Origin: a virus
Lineage: Duplodnaviria; Caudoviricetes
Virus record (IMG/VR): IMGVR_UViG_2878918711_000001
Location: 3,170 to 67,169 of that record
DNA length: 64,000 bases
Strand: one strand, 5' to 3'
Shown here: positions 29,343 through 38,528 of the stretch, one piece after another
How the letters are laid out: every line of letters starts with the position of its first letter
Numbering within the stretch: position 1 is the first letter of the stretch
The notes under the pieces: generated by a model
The model's database searches: none
What the model saw: only the letters and a program-made list of their open reading frames with translations
What the model was told of the DNA's origin: nothing
Made by a program: the position numbers and the translations under genes

Positions 29343-29558
29343 ATGAAGAAGAAAGTTTACAGAGTACGGACACAATACATCTTCGAAGGAGTGTTTGATT
29401 TGGTTGCGGAGAGTAAGGAAGAAGCACGGCAAAAAGTCCTGCAAGATTGTGGGTTGGTTATGGGTGAAAGCATTCACAGCACTTTGCCCGATGATGAAAT
29501 AAACTGGGCGTTTGACATTCATCCGAATAAAAAGATAGGCAGAATAACGAAAGTGTAG
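29343..29558 (+). CDS. ICE hypothetical protein
   Basis: MKKKVYRVRTQYIFEGVFDLVAES...; directly follows the previous gene. Confidence 0.65.
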   Translation: MKKKVYRVRTQYIFEGVFDLVAESKEEARQKVLQDCGLVMGESIHSTLPDDEINWAFDIHPNKKIGRITKV

Positions 29559-29582
29559 AAATAGCACCTTGAATAAAACCAA

Positions 29583-29620
29583 AAGCCACGCAAACCGAAA
29601 ATTTGCGTGGCTTCTTTTCT
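29583..29620 (+). terminator. Intrinsic terminator
   Basis: aagccacgcaaa/tttgcgtggctt perfect 12-bp IR followed by cttttct. Confidence 0.75.
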
Positions 29621-29702
29621 TTGTCTTTGAACGAGCAGGCGACCAAAGCAAAGAAGCAAAAGAAAGTCGCAGGAAATATATCTGATTTATGCTCAATCTT
29701 TT

Positions 29703-30300
29703 TTATTGTGCCTCGCCTGCTAAAGTTAGAATGGAAATAGATGTTGAGATACCTGCTATCAAGGATGAGGCTAGTTTACCTTCTATATTTATTTGCCCCT
29801 CAGAAGGCTCCGTTCCAAAAGAGAGTCCATCTTCTTCCAATAATTCGTTACAGAAACGAACAAATTCTTTCTGCTTTCTAACTGGAGAGGTTGATAATCG
29901 AATAGCTTGTTCATTGACCAAACGTCCACCATAATATAGATTATCTAGGAGAATGAGCAAATCTGGGGCACAATCTTGGAAGAATTTATCGACATCTGAC
30001 ATTCCGTCATCACTTGACAATGTTCCTAAATCGAAAAAATCTATGGCAACTTCCTTATATTCATCTTCCAACTCCTTCTCCAAAAGCAATAAAAATTCAT
30101 CTATTTCATCCTTGTACTTTGTGAATACTTCAAGGTATTTGCTTAATTCTTCTGGAGTAGCTAATTCATCCATTTGATTAGAGATATCGTAATCTATTTG
30201 TCGTAGAGAATTACACAATTCATCCATACGTTCTCCAAAATGAATGAAATCAACGCGGTATTGACGTCCTTTATTATTCTTTAAATCTTTTCTAATAGGA
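29703..30300 (-). pseudogene. AT-rich gene apparently 5'-truncated by prophage insertion
   Basis: Frame stays open up to the prophage-end repeats; the ORF-track start (TTG at 30314) lies within the phage end. Confidence 0.55.
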
Positions 30301-30312
30301 TATATAATCCGC

Positions 30313-30368
30313 AAAACGAAATGTTGCGAAAGAACAAAACGAAGTGTTTGGTTGCGTAAAACGAAATG
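30313..30368 (+). repeat. Three transposase-binding-site-like repeats AAAACGAARTG
   Basis: Copies at 30313, 30336 and 30358 (spacing 23 and 22 bp), similar in scale to Mu end sites. Confidence 0.7.
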
Positions 30369-30395
30369 TACTTTTTAAAGCTCCCCTCATACATA

Positions 30396-30433
30396 AAAAA
30401 CGCCTCAAAAATCTTTTATTTTGAGGCGTTTTT
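30396..30433. terminator. Bidirectional terminator at the prophage end
   Basis: Perfect 15-bp IR aaaaacgcctcaaaa/ttttgaggcgttttt. Confidence 0.8.
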
Positions 30434-30445
30434 CCATGACAAATA

Positions 30446-30477
30446 TTTGTATATCTCGCAAAAAAGTACTACCTTTG
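30446..30477 (+). promoter_or_regulatory. Full Bacteroidetes promoter firing antisense into the TS-like gene
   Basis: TTTG(30446)-N20-TACCTTTG(30470), followed by hairpin ttgagag/ctctcaa covering the TS stop codon. Confidence 0.6.
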
Positions 30478-30505
30478 TATAGAATAAGTTGAGAGTTTTA
30501 TACTC

Positions 30506-31147
30506 TCAAACATTGAGTCCAAACTTTACGTCCTCATACCCATCAAGCAGTTGTTTGGTGCGGTCTATATTATTCTCATATATATGAACGTTGCCGAGGT
30601 TAAGTGTTATGCTTTTTAAGGGCAGGTCTATCTGTCGCGCCATCAGGTATAGGTGGTATATATCAGCTGGCAAGCCAAGGTTTGCATCACTGCTTCGTTG
30701 GTAGGCTGACAGTACCAGTTCTCCATCATCTATTTGAAATTGTACGAGGCTGAGGCAAGGTGCTTGATTACTCTCTGCACCAGTCTCGCCCAGGAACAGC
30801 ACATAATTCTTACTGCTGCGTTTTTCTCTATTAATCTTAGCGATAAGTGGTAGTAGCTTTTCAAAGTAAGTGGGATAGCTGTTCACTAATACACTTCCGC
30901 AGTAATCCCACCACCTAATACCCACATCGTGGTATCTCTCAACATTCCGCTCACCTTGCATGAATAGTTGTAACTCATTTCTCAGTTTCTTTCTCGCTAT
31001 TCCGTGGCTCTCGAAAATATCAAGCAAATCGCCAGGCGATAAGGACAGTTGTTCATTGAGTAGGTAACGAATGTTGCCTTTAGTATTCTTCTGAGGCTTG
31101 CCCTGCCCCAAAACCTTGCTTAGTATCTGATAGTATTTGTTCATCAT
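30506..31147 (-). CDS. Thymidylate-synthase-fold enzyme, predicted dCMP methylase/hydroxymethylase
   Basis: Catalytic 'PC', 'YQRSSD' and 'HIY'; 'GLPADIY' has Asp where ThyA has Asn177. Confidence 0.8.
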   Translation of the reverse strand: MMNKYYQILSKVLGQGKPQKNTKGNIRYLLNEQLSLSPGDLLDIFESHGIARKKLRNELQLFMQGERNVERYHDVGIRWWDYCGSVLVNSYPTYFEKLLPLIAKINREKRSSKNYVLFLGETGAESNQAPCLSLVQFQIDDGELVLSAYQRSSDANLGLPADIYHLYLMARQIDLPLKSITLNLGNVHIYENNIDRTKQLLDGYEDVKFGLNV

Positions 31148-31169
31148 TCAAATGGTGCTAAAATGGTAT

Positions 31170-32000
31170 TTAAACGGCATCTGTATAAATCATAATATCC
31201 GTATAGGACGCACTGTAATTCATATGTGCATTGAACTCCCGCCGATGACAGTTCTCAAAGGGGTTGCCGATGAGCCTGTTCTTGCCTATCCATTCGCAAA
31301 GCTCTACTATTGACGACTTGTTCGAGGTAAAATAGATGAAACGATGACCAGCGAGGATAGTCAGCACATCGAGGTAATCAGACAGCTTCCAGTACATTCT
31401 ATAAGTTTTACTATCCGTGCTCAGATATGGAGGATCGACAAGGAATACCACGTTTGGCACGTCTTTATACTTATCAAACACCTCTTTATAGTCGCAGGAA
31501 GTTATTGTTAAGCCATCAAGGTAATCGGTGCATAACGGATACTTGATTGATTTTACTCTGTTATACAAGGTTTCTTTCTCCATTTCAGCAAAGCAAGTTG
31601 CATACTTCATAGAAAACAAAAGTGATGCTGATAGCGTGATGTAATCGACATAGCCATACTTTTGTTCATGCTTGCGAATACAATCCAACACACGTTTCCG
31701 TACCTCGCCTAATATAGGCTTGCTTCGTGGAATATCTACTATCGCCCTCAATTCTTCTAACAGCTCATTTGTCTGAGAGATGCGCTCCAAACGTTGCCTA
31801 TAGCCATCAAAGTCATTATACACGACTGTAGAGTTTGGCTTTTGACACTTGGCGATATGCGACAGCAATCCGCTGCCACCGAACAAGTCTACAAATGTTG
31901 TACCATCGGGGAACTGTTGGAGAACCTTTATGTACTCCTTGGCGAACATCCGCTTCTGCCCCTGAAAAGGAAGTGGTGCCGAAAGATATAATTTTTTCAT
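31170..32000 (-). CDS. N6-adenine DNA methyltransferase, Hin1523/Hia5-like (mom replacement)
   Basis: 'APLPFQGQKRMF', 'VDLFGGSGLLSH', 'YNDFDGY', DPPY; at the end of a Mu-like genome. Confidence 0.85.
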   Translation of the reverse strand: MKKLYLSAPLPFQGQKRMFAKEYIKVLQQFPDGTTFVDLFGGSGLLSHIAKCQKPNSTVVYNDFDGYRQRLERISQTNELLEELRAIVDIPRSKPILGEVRKRVLDCIRKHEQKYGYVDYITLSASLLFSMKYATCFAEMEKETLYNRVKSIKYPLCTDYLDGLTITSCDYKEVFDKYKDVPNVVFLVDPPYLSTDSKTYRMYWKLSDYLDVLTILAGHRFIYFTSNKSSIVELCEWIGKNRLIGNPFENCHRREFNAHMNYSASYTDIMIYTDAV

Positions 32001-32070
32001 TGTTTCACAGGTTTGTTATGTATGGCAAAGTTCGCTATATTCAGCGAAGTAAAAGAACTTTTGCTCCAAA

Positions 32071-32319
32071 TCACACTGCAAGAGGTTTGCAGTCGCTTTG
32101 AAAACGTTTGATAAGCGTGTACACCTTGCGTTCGCTCACAGCATACTTTTCAGACAGCCGGGCTACGATATATGACACTTTCTCGCCACGTTCCAGCAGC
32201 GTAGTATAATCGGTGTATAAGTCCACATATTCCGCATCCTCGAGTCTGATACCGGACATTTTGAGTTTATTTATCAATTCCCTGTTAAATTTTAAGACTT
32301 CTATTATCTTCATAATCAC
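32071..32319 (-). CDS. Small protein with C-terminal HTH-like segment
   Basis: 'YIVARLSEKYAVSERKVYTLIKRF'. Confidence 0.65.
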   Translation of the reverse strand: MIMKIIEVLKFNRELINKLKMSGIRLEDAEYVDLYTDYTTLLERGEKVSYIVARLSEKYAVSERKVYTLIKRFQSDCKPLAV

Positions 32320-32340
32320 AAAATTTTGTATCTTTGCATT

Positions 32341-32456
32341 GTCTCACTTATTAATTGCGTATAGCGCAGCCAAAACAAAAACCGCAAAGACGGTCGGTTG
32401 GCATATTGCCCCCGGTCGCGTCTTTGCGGCGTTTTGTGTTATATAGTAAGTGAGAC
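32341..32456. ncRNA. Long hairpin: sRNA (+) and/or attenuator-terminator (-)
   Basis: IRs gtctcactta/taagtgagac, caaaac/gttttg, ccgcaaagac/gtctttgcgg, ggca/tgcc; TATCTTTG at 32329 immediately upstream on +. Confidence 0.6.
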
Positions 32457-32498
32457 GACTTTTAACAGGCCGGGGGCTTTTTTATTCCCCCATAAGGT

Positions 32499-32825
32499 TT
32501 ATTCCAAAATCAAATCGCCTCTTTCAATGGCGAAATATATATCACGCACTCCTTTGTATGCAGCAGATTGCTCCTCGATGTCCGGAATAGAATTCCAATG
32601 CCCATCTGTAAATGTCGAGCCGTTGTGCCCATAATCGGCCGCGCAACTTTCATCGGCAACATCATCATGGGTACATTTGGCTACATGGTCGTGAAATAGC
32701 AACACCTTGGCATTCTTTGGGTCGCTGACATCAGCCTTGTATGTAACTACATGAACAAAGCCATTTATAATGACTATACCGTTCACGTCTGCTTCAATTC
32801 GCTTTTGCATTACTTTTAGTTTCAT
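32499..32825 (-). CDS. Phage hypothetical protein
   Basis: 108-aa ORF after the tail fibre gene. Confidence 0.65.
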   Translation of the reverse strand: MKLKVMQKRIEADVNGIVIINGFVHVVTYKADVSDPKNAKVLLFHDHVAKCTHDDVADESCAADYGHNGSTFTDGHWNSIPDIEEQSAAYKGVRDIYFAIERGDLILE

Positions 32826-32847
32826 AATTCATTCATTTGTTTTAATA

Positions 32848-34527
32848 TTATACTAACATTTTTCCTCTTACCCAATTGGAGTTGTAATAACTTTCTTTTC
32901 CCGTTTCAGAATTAACCGAGATCTTTATTTCAAGGGCGGCAAAGTTATTCGGGTAGACTGTTATAGATGTACCCGATCCCCAAATGTTTATATAGCTCGT
33001 CGATTGGTTGTATATAGCTACAGTTTCCCCTATCAATGATCGTGCAACCTCAAAATCGCCATCACCGTAATGACCTCCACTACCGGGCACCGTTATAAAT
33101 ATAGTACGGTTAAACGAGCCTTTGAACAAAGCAATGGCGGATACTTTTCCGGCAACAAATACGTAACCAATATCGGGATCTATTTTCGCATATTTTGTGA
33201 TATTTTGAGGGGTTATTACAAGCATTTTCTTTCTGAAAGAACCAACTCCTGACATATACCCATTGACTGGGTCAAGAACGATGTCGGGGTTGAAATTTGC
33301 GGCACCGTAGTCCGTGCTTGGATTTCCATTTATGTCCCCGCACTGGGAGAACAGCCGCCCCTTGTCAAACACCCAACCGCCTAATAAGGCTTTTCCCTTG
33401 CTCACGACGAACGGTTTTTCACCATTATGCTTGATTTCAAAATTGGCTGCTTCGACAGATACCGTGCCATTGGTCAGGTCGATACCAGTACGCTCAATGC
33501 TGTCCACGACGTCTGGGTCTTTCCATGCTGTAGCTTTATTGCCCTCCTCCAGCTGTATTTCAGACAGAAAGGCTTCACCATTACGTGTTAGACCTATGAA
33601 TATTTGCAAGTAATTATAACCGTCTTCCATATCAAAGGTATGAGTATATTGCTTCCATTGCCCCCACGTCGATGGTATATTTGGATAACTCGTCTTCGGG
33701 GCTGTCATATCCTTTGAACGGCTTCTCTTGATTTCAATATAAGGCTGGTCGCTGCCATATATGCGTGTAAACATTGACAGTGTGTAGGTGCGCCCACCCA
33801 ACGCCTTTATCACAGGAAACTTACATCCGTTCCACTCATTCTGTGGAGCACCGTGGCGCACAATGGAAATGTAGGGATTGTCAAGATGTGCTACACTCGC
33901 ATAACTTCCAATTGTTACGTATTGAGCTCTTTGGAGTAACAATAAATCCAAAGGACGTAAACTTGCACCCTTGAGCATGTTCACACCGCTGAAAGTCTGC
34001 TTGCTGACCGACAGACGAATATTCTCGGCATCTTGCTCAATGGTAGACATGCGCCTTTCAAGCCCTTGTTTGTCTGCCTTGTTTTGTGCTATGATGCTTT
34101 GAAATTGCTGGTCGTTGGCAAGAAACTTAGCCTCGTTCCATTTCTGAGCACTCACCATGAATTCGGCAATGGCAGTACGTGTCTGCCCCTTGTAGGTGGC
34201 AGTAATCTCCACCTTTCCACTCCACTGGTTAGGACTAATACCGTCGAAGTATAGTGTGTTGTCGCCTACTATTCTTGCGTAGCAATTATAGGGTGTAATC
34301 TCAATGCTGCTGGGCACAACTTCCATCTTGCCAAGGTACATTCGCACCTTACCTTTGTTCTGCGCCAAATTTTCGATGGCACCCTTGTCGTTCGTTTGAA
34401 AAACAAAGGTATTTGGCGTAACTACAAGGGTGAGTGCATCTTCCCCTTTATCGCCGGGGTCTCCGGGCTTCCCATCTTTTGGTGCTCGGCGAACAGTAAA
34501 TGTGCGTTGTGCTATTATTTCTGCCAT
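32848..34527 (-). CDS. Tail fibre / receptor-binding protein
   Basis: Short collagen-like stretch, coiled coil, beta-rich CBM-like domain ending 'QLEEGNKATAW'; position in tail module. Confidence 0.7.
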   Translation of the reverse strand: MAEIIAQRTFTVRRAPKDGKPGDPGDKGEDALTLVVTPNTFVFQTNDKGAIENLAQNKGKVRMYLGKMEVVPSSIEITPYNCYARIVGDNTLYFDGISPNQWSGKVEITATYKGQTRTAIAEFMVSAQKWNEAKFLANDQQFQSIIAQNKADKQGLERRMSTIEQDAENIRLSVSKQTFSGVNMLKGASLRPLDLLLLQRAQYVTIGSYASVAHLDNPYISIVRHGAPQNEWNGCKFPVIKALGGRTYTLSMFTRIYGSDQPYIEIKRSRSKDMTAPKTSYPNIPSTWGQWKQYTHTFDMEDGYNYLQIFIGLTRNGEAFLSEIQLEEGNKATAWKDPDVVDSIERTGIDLTNGTVSVEAANFEIKHNGEKPFVVSKGKALLGGWVFDKGRLFSQCGDINGNPSTDYGAANFNPDIVLDPVNGYMSGVGSFRKKMLVITPQNITKYAKIDPDIGYVFVAGKVSAIALFKGSFNRTIFITVPGSGGHYGDGDFEVARSLIGETVAIYNQSTSYINIWGSGTSITVYPNNFAALEIKISVNSETGKESYYNSNWVRGKMLV

Positions 34528-34593
34528 TATTACTACTACTACTTTTATTTATTAAAGAGGGGGTAAGGGCATAATTCTAACGCCCTTACATTT

Positions 34594-35646
34594 TTAATAC
34601 AACTCTACACAAAATGCTTGGCTTGCGCTCAATAGGTCAGTATAGGCTATATCAAGCGAAAAGCGAGCATTCGGCGCATCTTTCGTGCATGCTTTGTAGC
34701 CACTTGTACCCCATGTCGTGTCGATGGCGTTATTGGCAGCAAAACGCCAAACGCGCATGTTGTGCGCTCCCAGTATGACGGCGTCGGTGATATAGGTAGC
34801 TCCCTGACGAATTTTGAACCAGTGCAGTAGTGTGCCACCTTCGGCAACGTTATCGCCGTTGGGTTGGAATACGTCTATTTCGTAGGGGTCCGAGCCATCG
34901 TACAGCGTGCCGATGGCGAATACCTCCTTATTTGCCGTTGCGCTGGCGGCGTCGGTATCTTTGATGACACATTTGAAAATACCTACATTTACGACAGCGG
35001 AAGCCGGCACTGTTATTTCGTTGGTGTTAATGCCGCTGATGCCGTTGGCATTGGCGGTTTCGAGTTTTACCCACACGCCGTTGCGTAGCTGATACCACAT
35101 GTAAGATACGTTAGATGTGTCGATGTCGCCACCACGCATCAAATCACAATGTATCTTCAACGCTTTTCCCGCGTTGTCGAAAGTATCGCCGTCAGGCATG
35201 TAGAGGCTTGCAAGAATGTTTGCCCCGGCATTCTCCACCTTTGTTACTTCCACCGACGCAACCACTTGTGCAGCTGCCTTTGACACGGGGTCGGTGTAGG
35301 TGGCTTCACACGTGATTTTTAAGCCTGTACAATCGGTAAGGTTGGCTGCTAACTTTTTGGCAAGCCCAGTGCCAGCCGTCAGTGCCTGTGTAGCTGCCGA
35401 GCCATCTTGCTTGAGCACACGCCAATTCAAATTGCTAAGGTACGCTGTCTGGTCTCCGGACTTCCCGCTTACCAACAGCATTGGTGTCAAGGTAAGTGCC
35501 GATGCTGCATAGTCAGGCGCAAATGTTTTGCTATCACGTGAAAAAATTTGTGTAAGTGCCTTGTCCGTCTTGAGGACGAAGGTAAGGGTCTTGCCATTCA
35601 CCAACTTCTTTACTGTAAATGTTTTTTGTGCTAATACGTCTGCCAT
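34594..35646 (-). CDS. Tail-associated beta-sandwich protein
   Basis: Beta-rich sequence; lies between the hub and fibre genes. Confidence 0.55.
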   Translation of the reverse strand: MADVLAQKTFTVKKLVNGKTLTFVLKTDKALTQIFSRDSKTFAPDYAASALTLTPMLLVSGKSGDQTAYLSNLNWRVLKQDGSAATQALTAGTGLAKKLAANLTDCTGLKITCEATYTDPVSKAAAQVVASVEVTKVENAGANILASLYMPDGDTFDNAGKALKIHCDLMRGGDIDTSNVSYMWYQLRNGVWVKLETANANGISGINTNEITVPASAVVNVGIFKCVIKDTDAASATANKEVFAIGTLYDGSDPYEIDVFQPNGDNVAEGGTLLHWFKIRQGATYITDAVILGAHNMRVWRFAANNAIDTTWGTSGYKACTKDAPNARFSLDIAYTDLLSASQAFCVELY

Positions 35647-35658
35647 TGTTCTTTATCT

Positions 35659-38496
35659 TTAAAATGTTATACTTGTTAATACTTTTTTACCTGATGGGGT
35701 TAGGAATTTACATACGAAAGACGTGTCGCCCATCAAGTCGTCATACGTTACATTTATTTTATAGCCATCGTTACTGTGCCTGTCTTTCCACGCAGCATCG
35801 CCTGCTTCGTATTCGCTTACACGCTCCCATACGAAGCGCGTAGAAGGCATCTTGCTTGTTATTTCCACGTCGTTTTCCCACACGTGGACTTCAAAGGTGG
35901 CTTCCCAACTTGTTTGCCCCTCTGTATAGGCTGCGCTGCCAGCAGAAGAAAAGCCCTCGACACGTAACCCTGTGCCGCCATCTTTGCCTTTGGCTGCATA
36001 CTGCTTCCACTTCGACGAATGCCCCGTTGGTTCATCGGCATTATTGTCTATCAATGAAAGCCACGTGCCCCCACTGTGGTACCACGCTTCATATTTCGCT
36101 GCCATTGTGCCCGGTGTCCAGTCGCCGCGGTAAAGGATATTCGGAATACGCTCGCCATCTGCACTTATCCATTCGAAGCGTGCCGAATTGACAAATACCT
36201 TGTCGCTGGACAGGTGAAATATGGCGTTACCTTTATTCAGCGAAAAATCGTGAACGTTGCGGTACACTTCGATAGTACCGCCCATTTCTTTAGATGTGGT
36301 AATCATCGTAACATTCATGCGGTTGCGATACAGCAGCGGGTCTACACCATGGGCAATATCCCACAATGTGTTATGCCCACAAAGCACCACATTGTCGCCT
36401 GCCTTTGGTACGTCATTTTTAACGTTTTTATCGCAATAGGCTTCGTCTGCGGTGATAACGATATACGCTTCTTCGTTTGCCGTCTTTTGTCCAACCTCCG
36501 ACACGCAACGCCAATAATACGTATTGCTGACGTTCTCATAAACACCTGCCCTTATGTTGAAGGTTTGGCACAGCGCTTGGTCGCCCGGCAACCAGTCGTT
36601 GGTGATAGCCTTGTCGCCGTCGTCGGTGTGTAAGTAGCACTTCCAGCCACCATTAACGGGCACAACCTTGTTTATGATGGCATTTGCACCTGAAAGCACG
36701 ATATTGCCGCCGATGTGTTTGTACTCGTCTATCTGAAGGCTACGGAAGATAGCCTTGCCAATCACCTCTAAGTAGTCGATTTGCCCATGGGCGCGCCCGT
36801 TCTCATCAAGCCAAACTCCAAAGCCATTAATGGTTCTTTCAAAGCCCAATGTCTGAATGGCTTTCAATATGGCGTTGCCCGCCCCGTCGATACCTGCACC
36901 GCCATTCAATGCGATGCCCCTCAAGAAGGTTATCAGCTCCTGCGCCGTGTCGGCTGAATTCTTACTCAGGAATTCCTTGTGTGTCCGTCGTGCACTGTAC
37001 AGGTTGGTATCTGTAGGCTTCGTCGTGTCGCCACTTCGGATAATGTCCGGCAATGCCCCAAGTGCCTCCCTTGCATACCTCTTGGCTTCATTGATACTAT
37101 CGGTGATACGTGTCATGGCACCTGTACTTGTAGCATCACTGATTTCAATATCCATCTGACTTGGCAGTGCCACGCTACGGCTTATGCGTGTGATACGGCT
37201 GCTGCGAAAACCAGTTTCAGGAAAATACTGCTCGCTTTCCAAGCGTATTTTTCGACCAACATAGATTTGTACGTTGTTACGTTCCACCCATACATGGTGC
37301 GTAGGGCATTTATATACTGATGTATCAATGCAGTGCTTGGCATTGAATGCTTCGACAGCCTCGAGATACTCCTGCTCGGCCAAGCCGTAATACTCATCGG
37401 GCATACGAATGTTCCAAAGTATATATTTGTCGCCTGCCTTTGGGACGAGGGTTCCGCCAGGCAACTGTATATCATCGCTGTATGGCCATGTCGTGATAAT
37501 CTCGAACTCCTGGCTACCGGCGTGATAGTTCACCTCAAAATCGCGGCCGTTAAGCTCGCCGCTTTGGAACACCACGTGCTTTACAAGCCCACCTATTTCA
37601 TATTCGTTAGGATTGAATGGCAATTCACCATCCTTGAACCAGTATATCTTGAACGGCTTGCCGTCGTTGCCCTTTACCGTAGTTTCTCTCACTTCGCTTA
37701 CCGTACCGACACGCCGTGGATAAATGGCTGAAAAGGCGGCTTCCTCGTAATGGTGGAAGATGCCATATTTATCAACGTTCATATCCACATACTTGCGGCC
37801 GCCAGGAAGCTGGAGACGAACAGAGCCATATTTTGCACGGTCGATATTGCGTGAGCTTCCCATTGGGAAAAGCCGTGTGTAAAATTTCGCACCATCGGCA
37901 GTATCACGTTCCAGTTGTGTAATGCTCTCAGGATAGCGAAGTGTCAGTTCCTCGCCATGCTCGCAACGGCAGACGTTTACCGTCTGCCCCTCCACCCACC
38001 ATTCTGTCTTGGCGGCTTCTGCAACGAGACGCAATCCCTCGTCGCAGTATGTTCCGTTGTAATCAATGGTCAGGTTCTCCGTTGCCATGACAGCTCCCAT
38101 CTTCCAATTCGCCGAGTTGCCCATACCGGCATTGATACTGCCAACGATAAGACGCACGTGGTCTGCAGCAGGAGCGGTAAGCGTGAATACAGCCTCGTTC
38201 TCGCCATCGGGGTTCTTCAACACCAGCAACCGCTTGATGAGGCTTTCAATTCCATAGAGCTTCACGTCGTAGCTCCATTCGCCCTCACTTTTTTGGGTGG
38301 GCAGGTAACGTTCCTGCAGCCAGTAGCGTTCGCCCTCGAATTCGCAGTAATCGTTCACGTCGAGCTGCACGAAGCCATAGTGCACGAATGAAAGGGACAG
38401 CAGGTTGTCGCCACCGAGGGTTTTGTCCTGCTGACTGTTGTTGCCTGGTTCTATTCGGCATTTCAAATTGTTGTCGCGGCCGTATATTTCTATCAT
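35659..38496 (-). CDS. Baseplate hub / tail (Tal-like) protein
   Basis: 945 aa after the Dit-like gene; 'FYTRLFPMGSSRN'. Confidence 0.7.
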   Translation of the reverse strand: MIEIYGRDNNLKCRIEPGNNSQQDKTLGGDNLLSLSFVHYGFVQLDVNDYCEFEGERYWLQERYLPTQKSEGEWSYDVKLYGIESLIKRLLVLKNPDGENEAVFTLTAPAADHVRLIVGSINAGMGNSANWKMGAVMATENLTIDYNGTYCDEGLRLVAEAAKTEWWVEGQTVNVCRCEHGEELTLRYPESITQLERDTADGAKFYTRLFPMGSSRNIDRAKYGSVRLQLPGGRKYVDMNVDKYGIFHHYEEAAFSAIYPRRVGTVSEVRETTVKGNDGKPFKIYWFKDGELPFNPNEYEIGGLVKHVVFQSGELNGRDFEVNYHAGSQEFEIITTWPYSDDIQLPGGTLVPKAGDKYILWNIRMPDEYYGLAEQEYLEAVEAFNAKHCIDTSVYKCPTHHVWVERNNVQIYVGRKIRLESEQYFPETGFRSSRITRISRSVALPSQMDIEISDATSTGAMTRITDSINEAKRYAREALGALPDIIRSGDTTKPTDTNLYSARRTHKEFLSKNSADTAQELITFLRGIALNGGAGIDGAGNAILKAIQTLGFERTINGFGVWLDENGRAHGQIDYLEVIGKAIFRSLQIDEYKHIGGNIVLSGANAIINKVVPVNGGWKCYLHTDDGDKAITNDWLPGDQALCQTFNIRAGVYENVSNTYYWRCVSEVGQKTANEEAYIVITADEAYCDKNVKNDVPKAGDNVVLCGHNTLWDIAHGVDPLLYRNRMNVTMITTSKEMGGTIEVYRNVHDFSLNKGNAIFHLSSDKVFVNSARFEWISADGERIPNILYRGDWTPGTMAAKYEAWYHSGGTWLSLIDNNADEPTGHSSKWKQYAAKGKDGGTGLRVEGFSSAGSAAYTEGQTSWEATFEVHVWENDVEITSKMPSTRFVWERVSEYEAGDAAWKDRHSNDGYKINVTYDDLMGDTSFVCKFLTPSGKKVLTSITF

Positions 38497-38528
38497 TTTC
38501 GTACTATTTAAATGCTAATTGAACACTG

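Larger units (their letters stand above)
23899..30300. mobile_element. Left/leading end of a second ICE (ICE-B), interrupted by the prophage
   Basis: Integrase, DUF1896, PcfK and PcfJ following the att core. Confidence 0.75.

Noticed and set aside
30506-31147. Annotation as an ordinary thyA
   Set aside because: Asp at the Asn177 position, loss of His147 and reduced length argue against dTMP synthesis
32848-33150. DGR variable region in the tail fibre gene
   Set aside because: No reverse transcriptase and no template-repeat copy seen in the window
32848-35646. Gin-type invertible tail fibre cassette
   Set aside because: No invertase and no inverted second fibre segment seen
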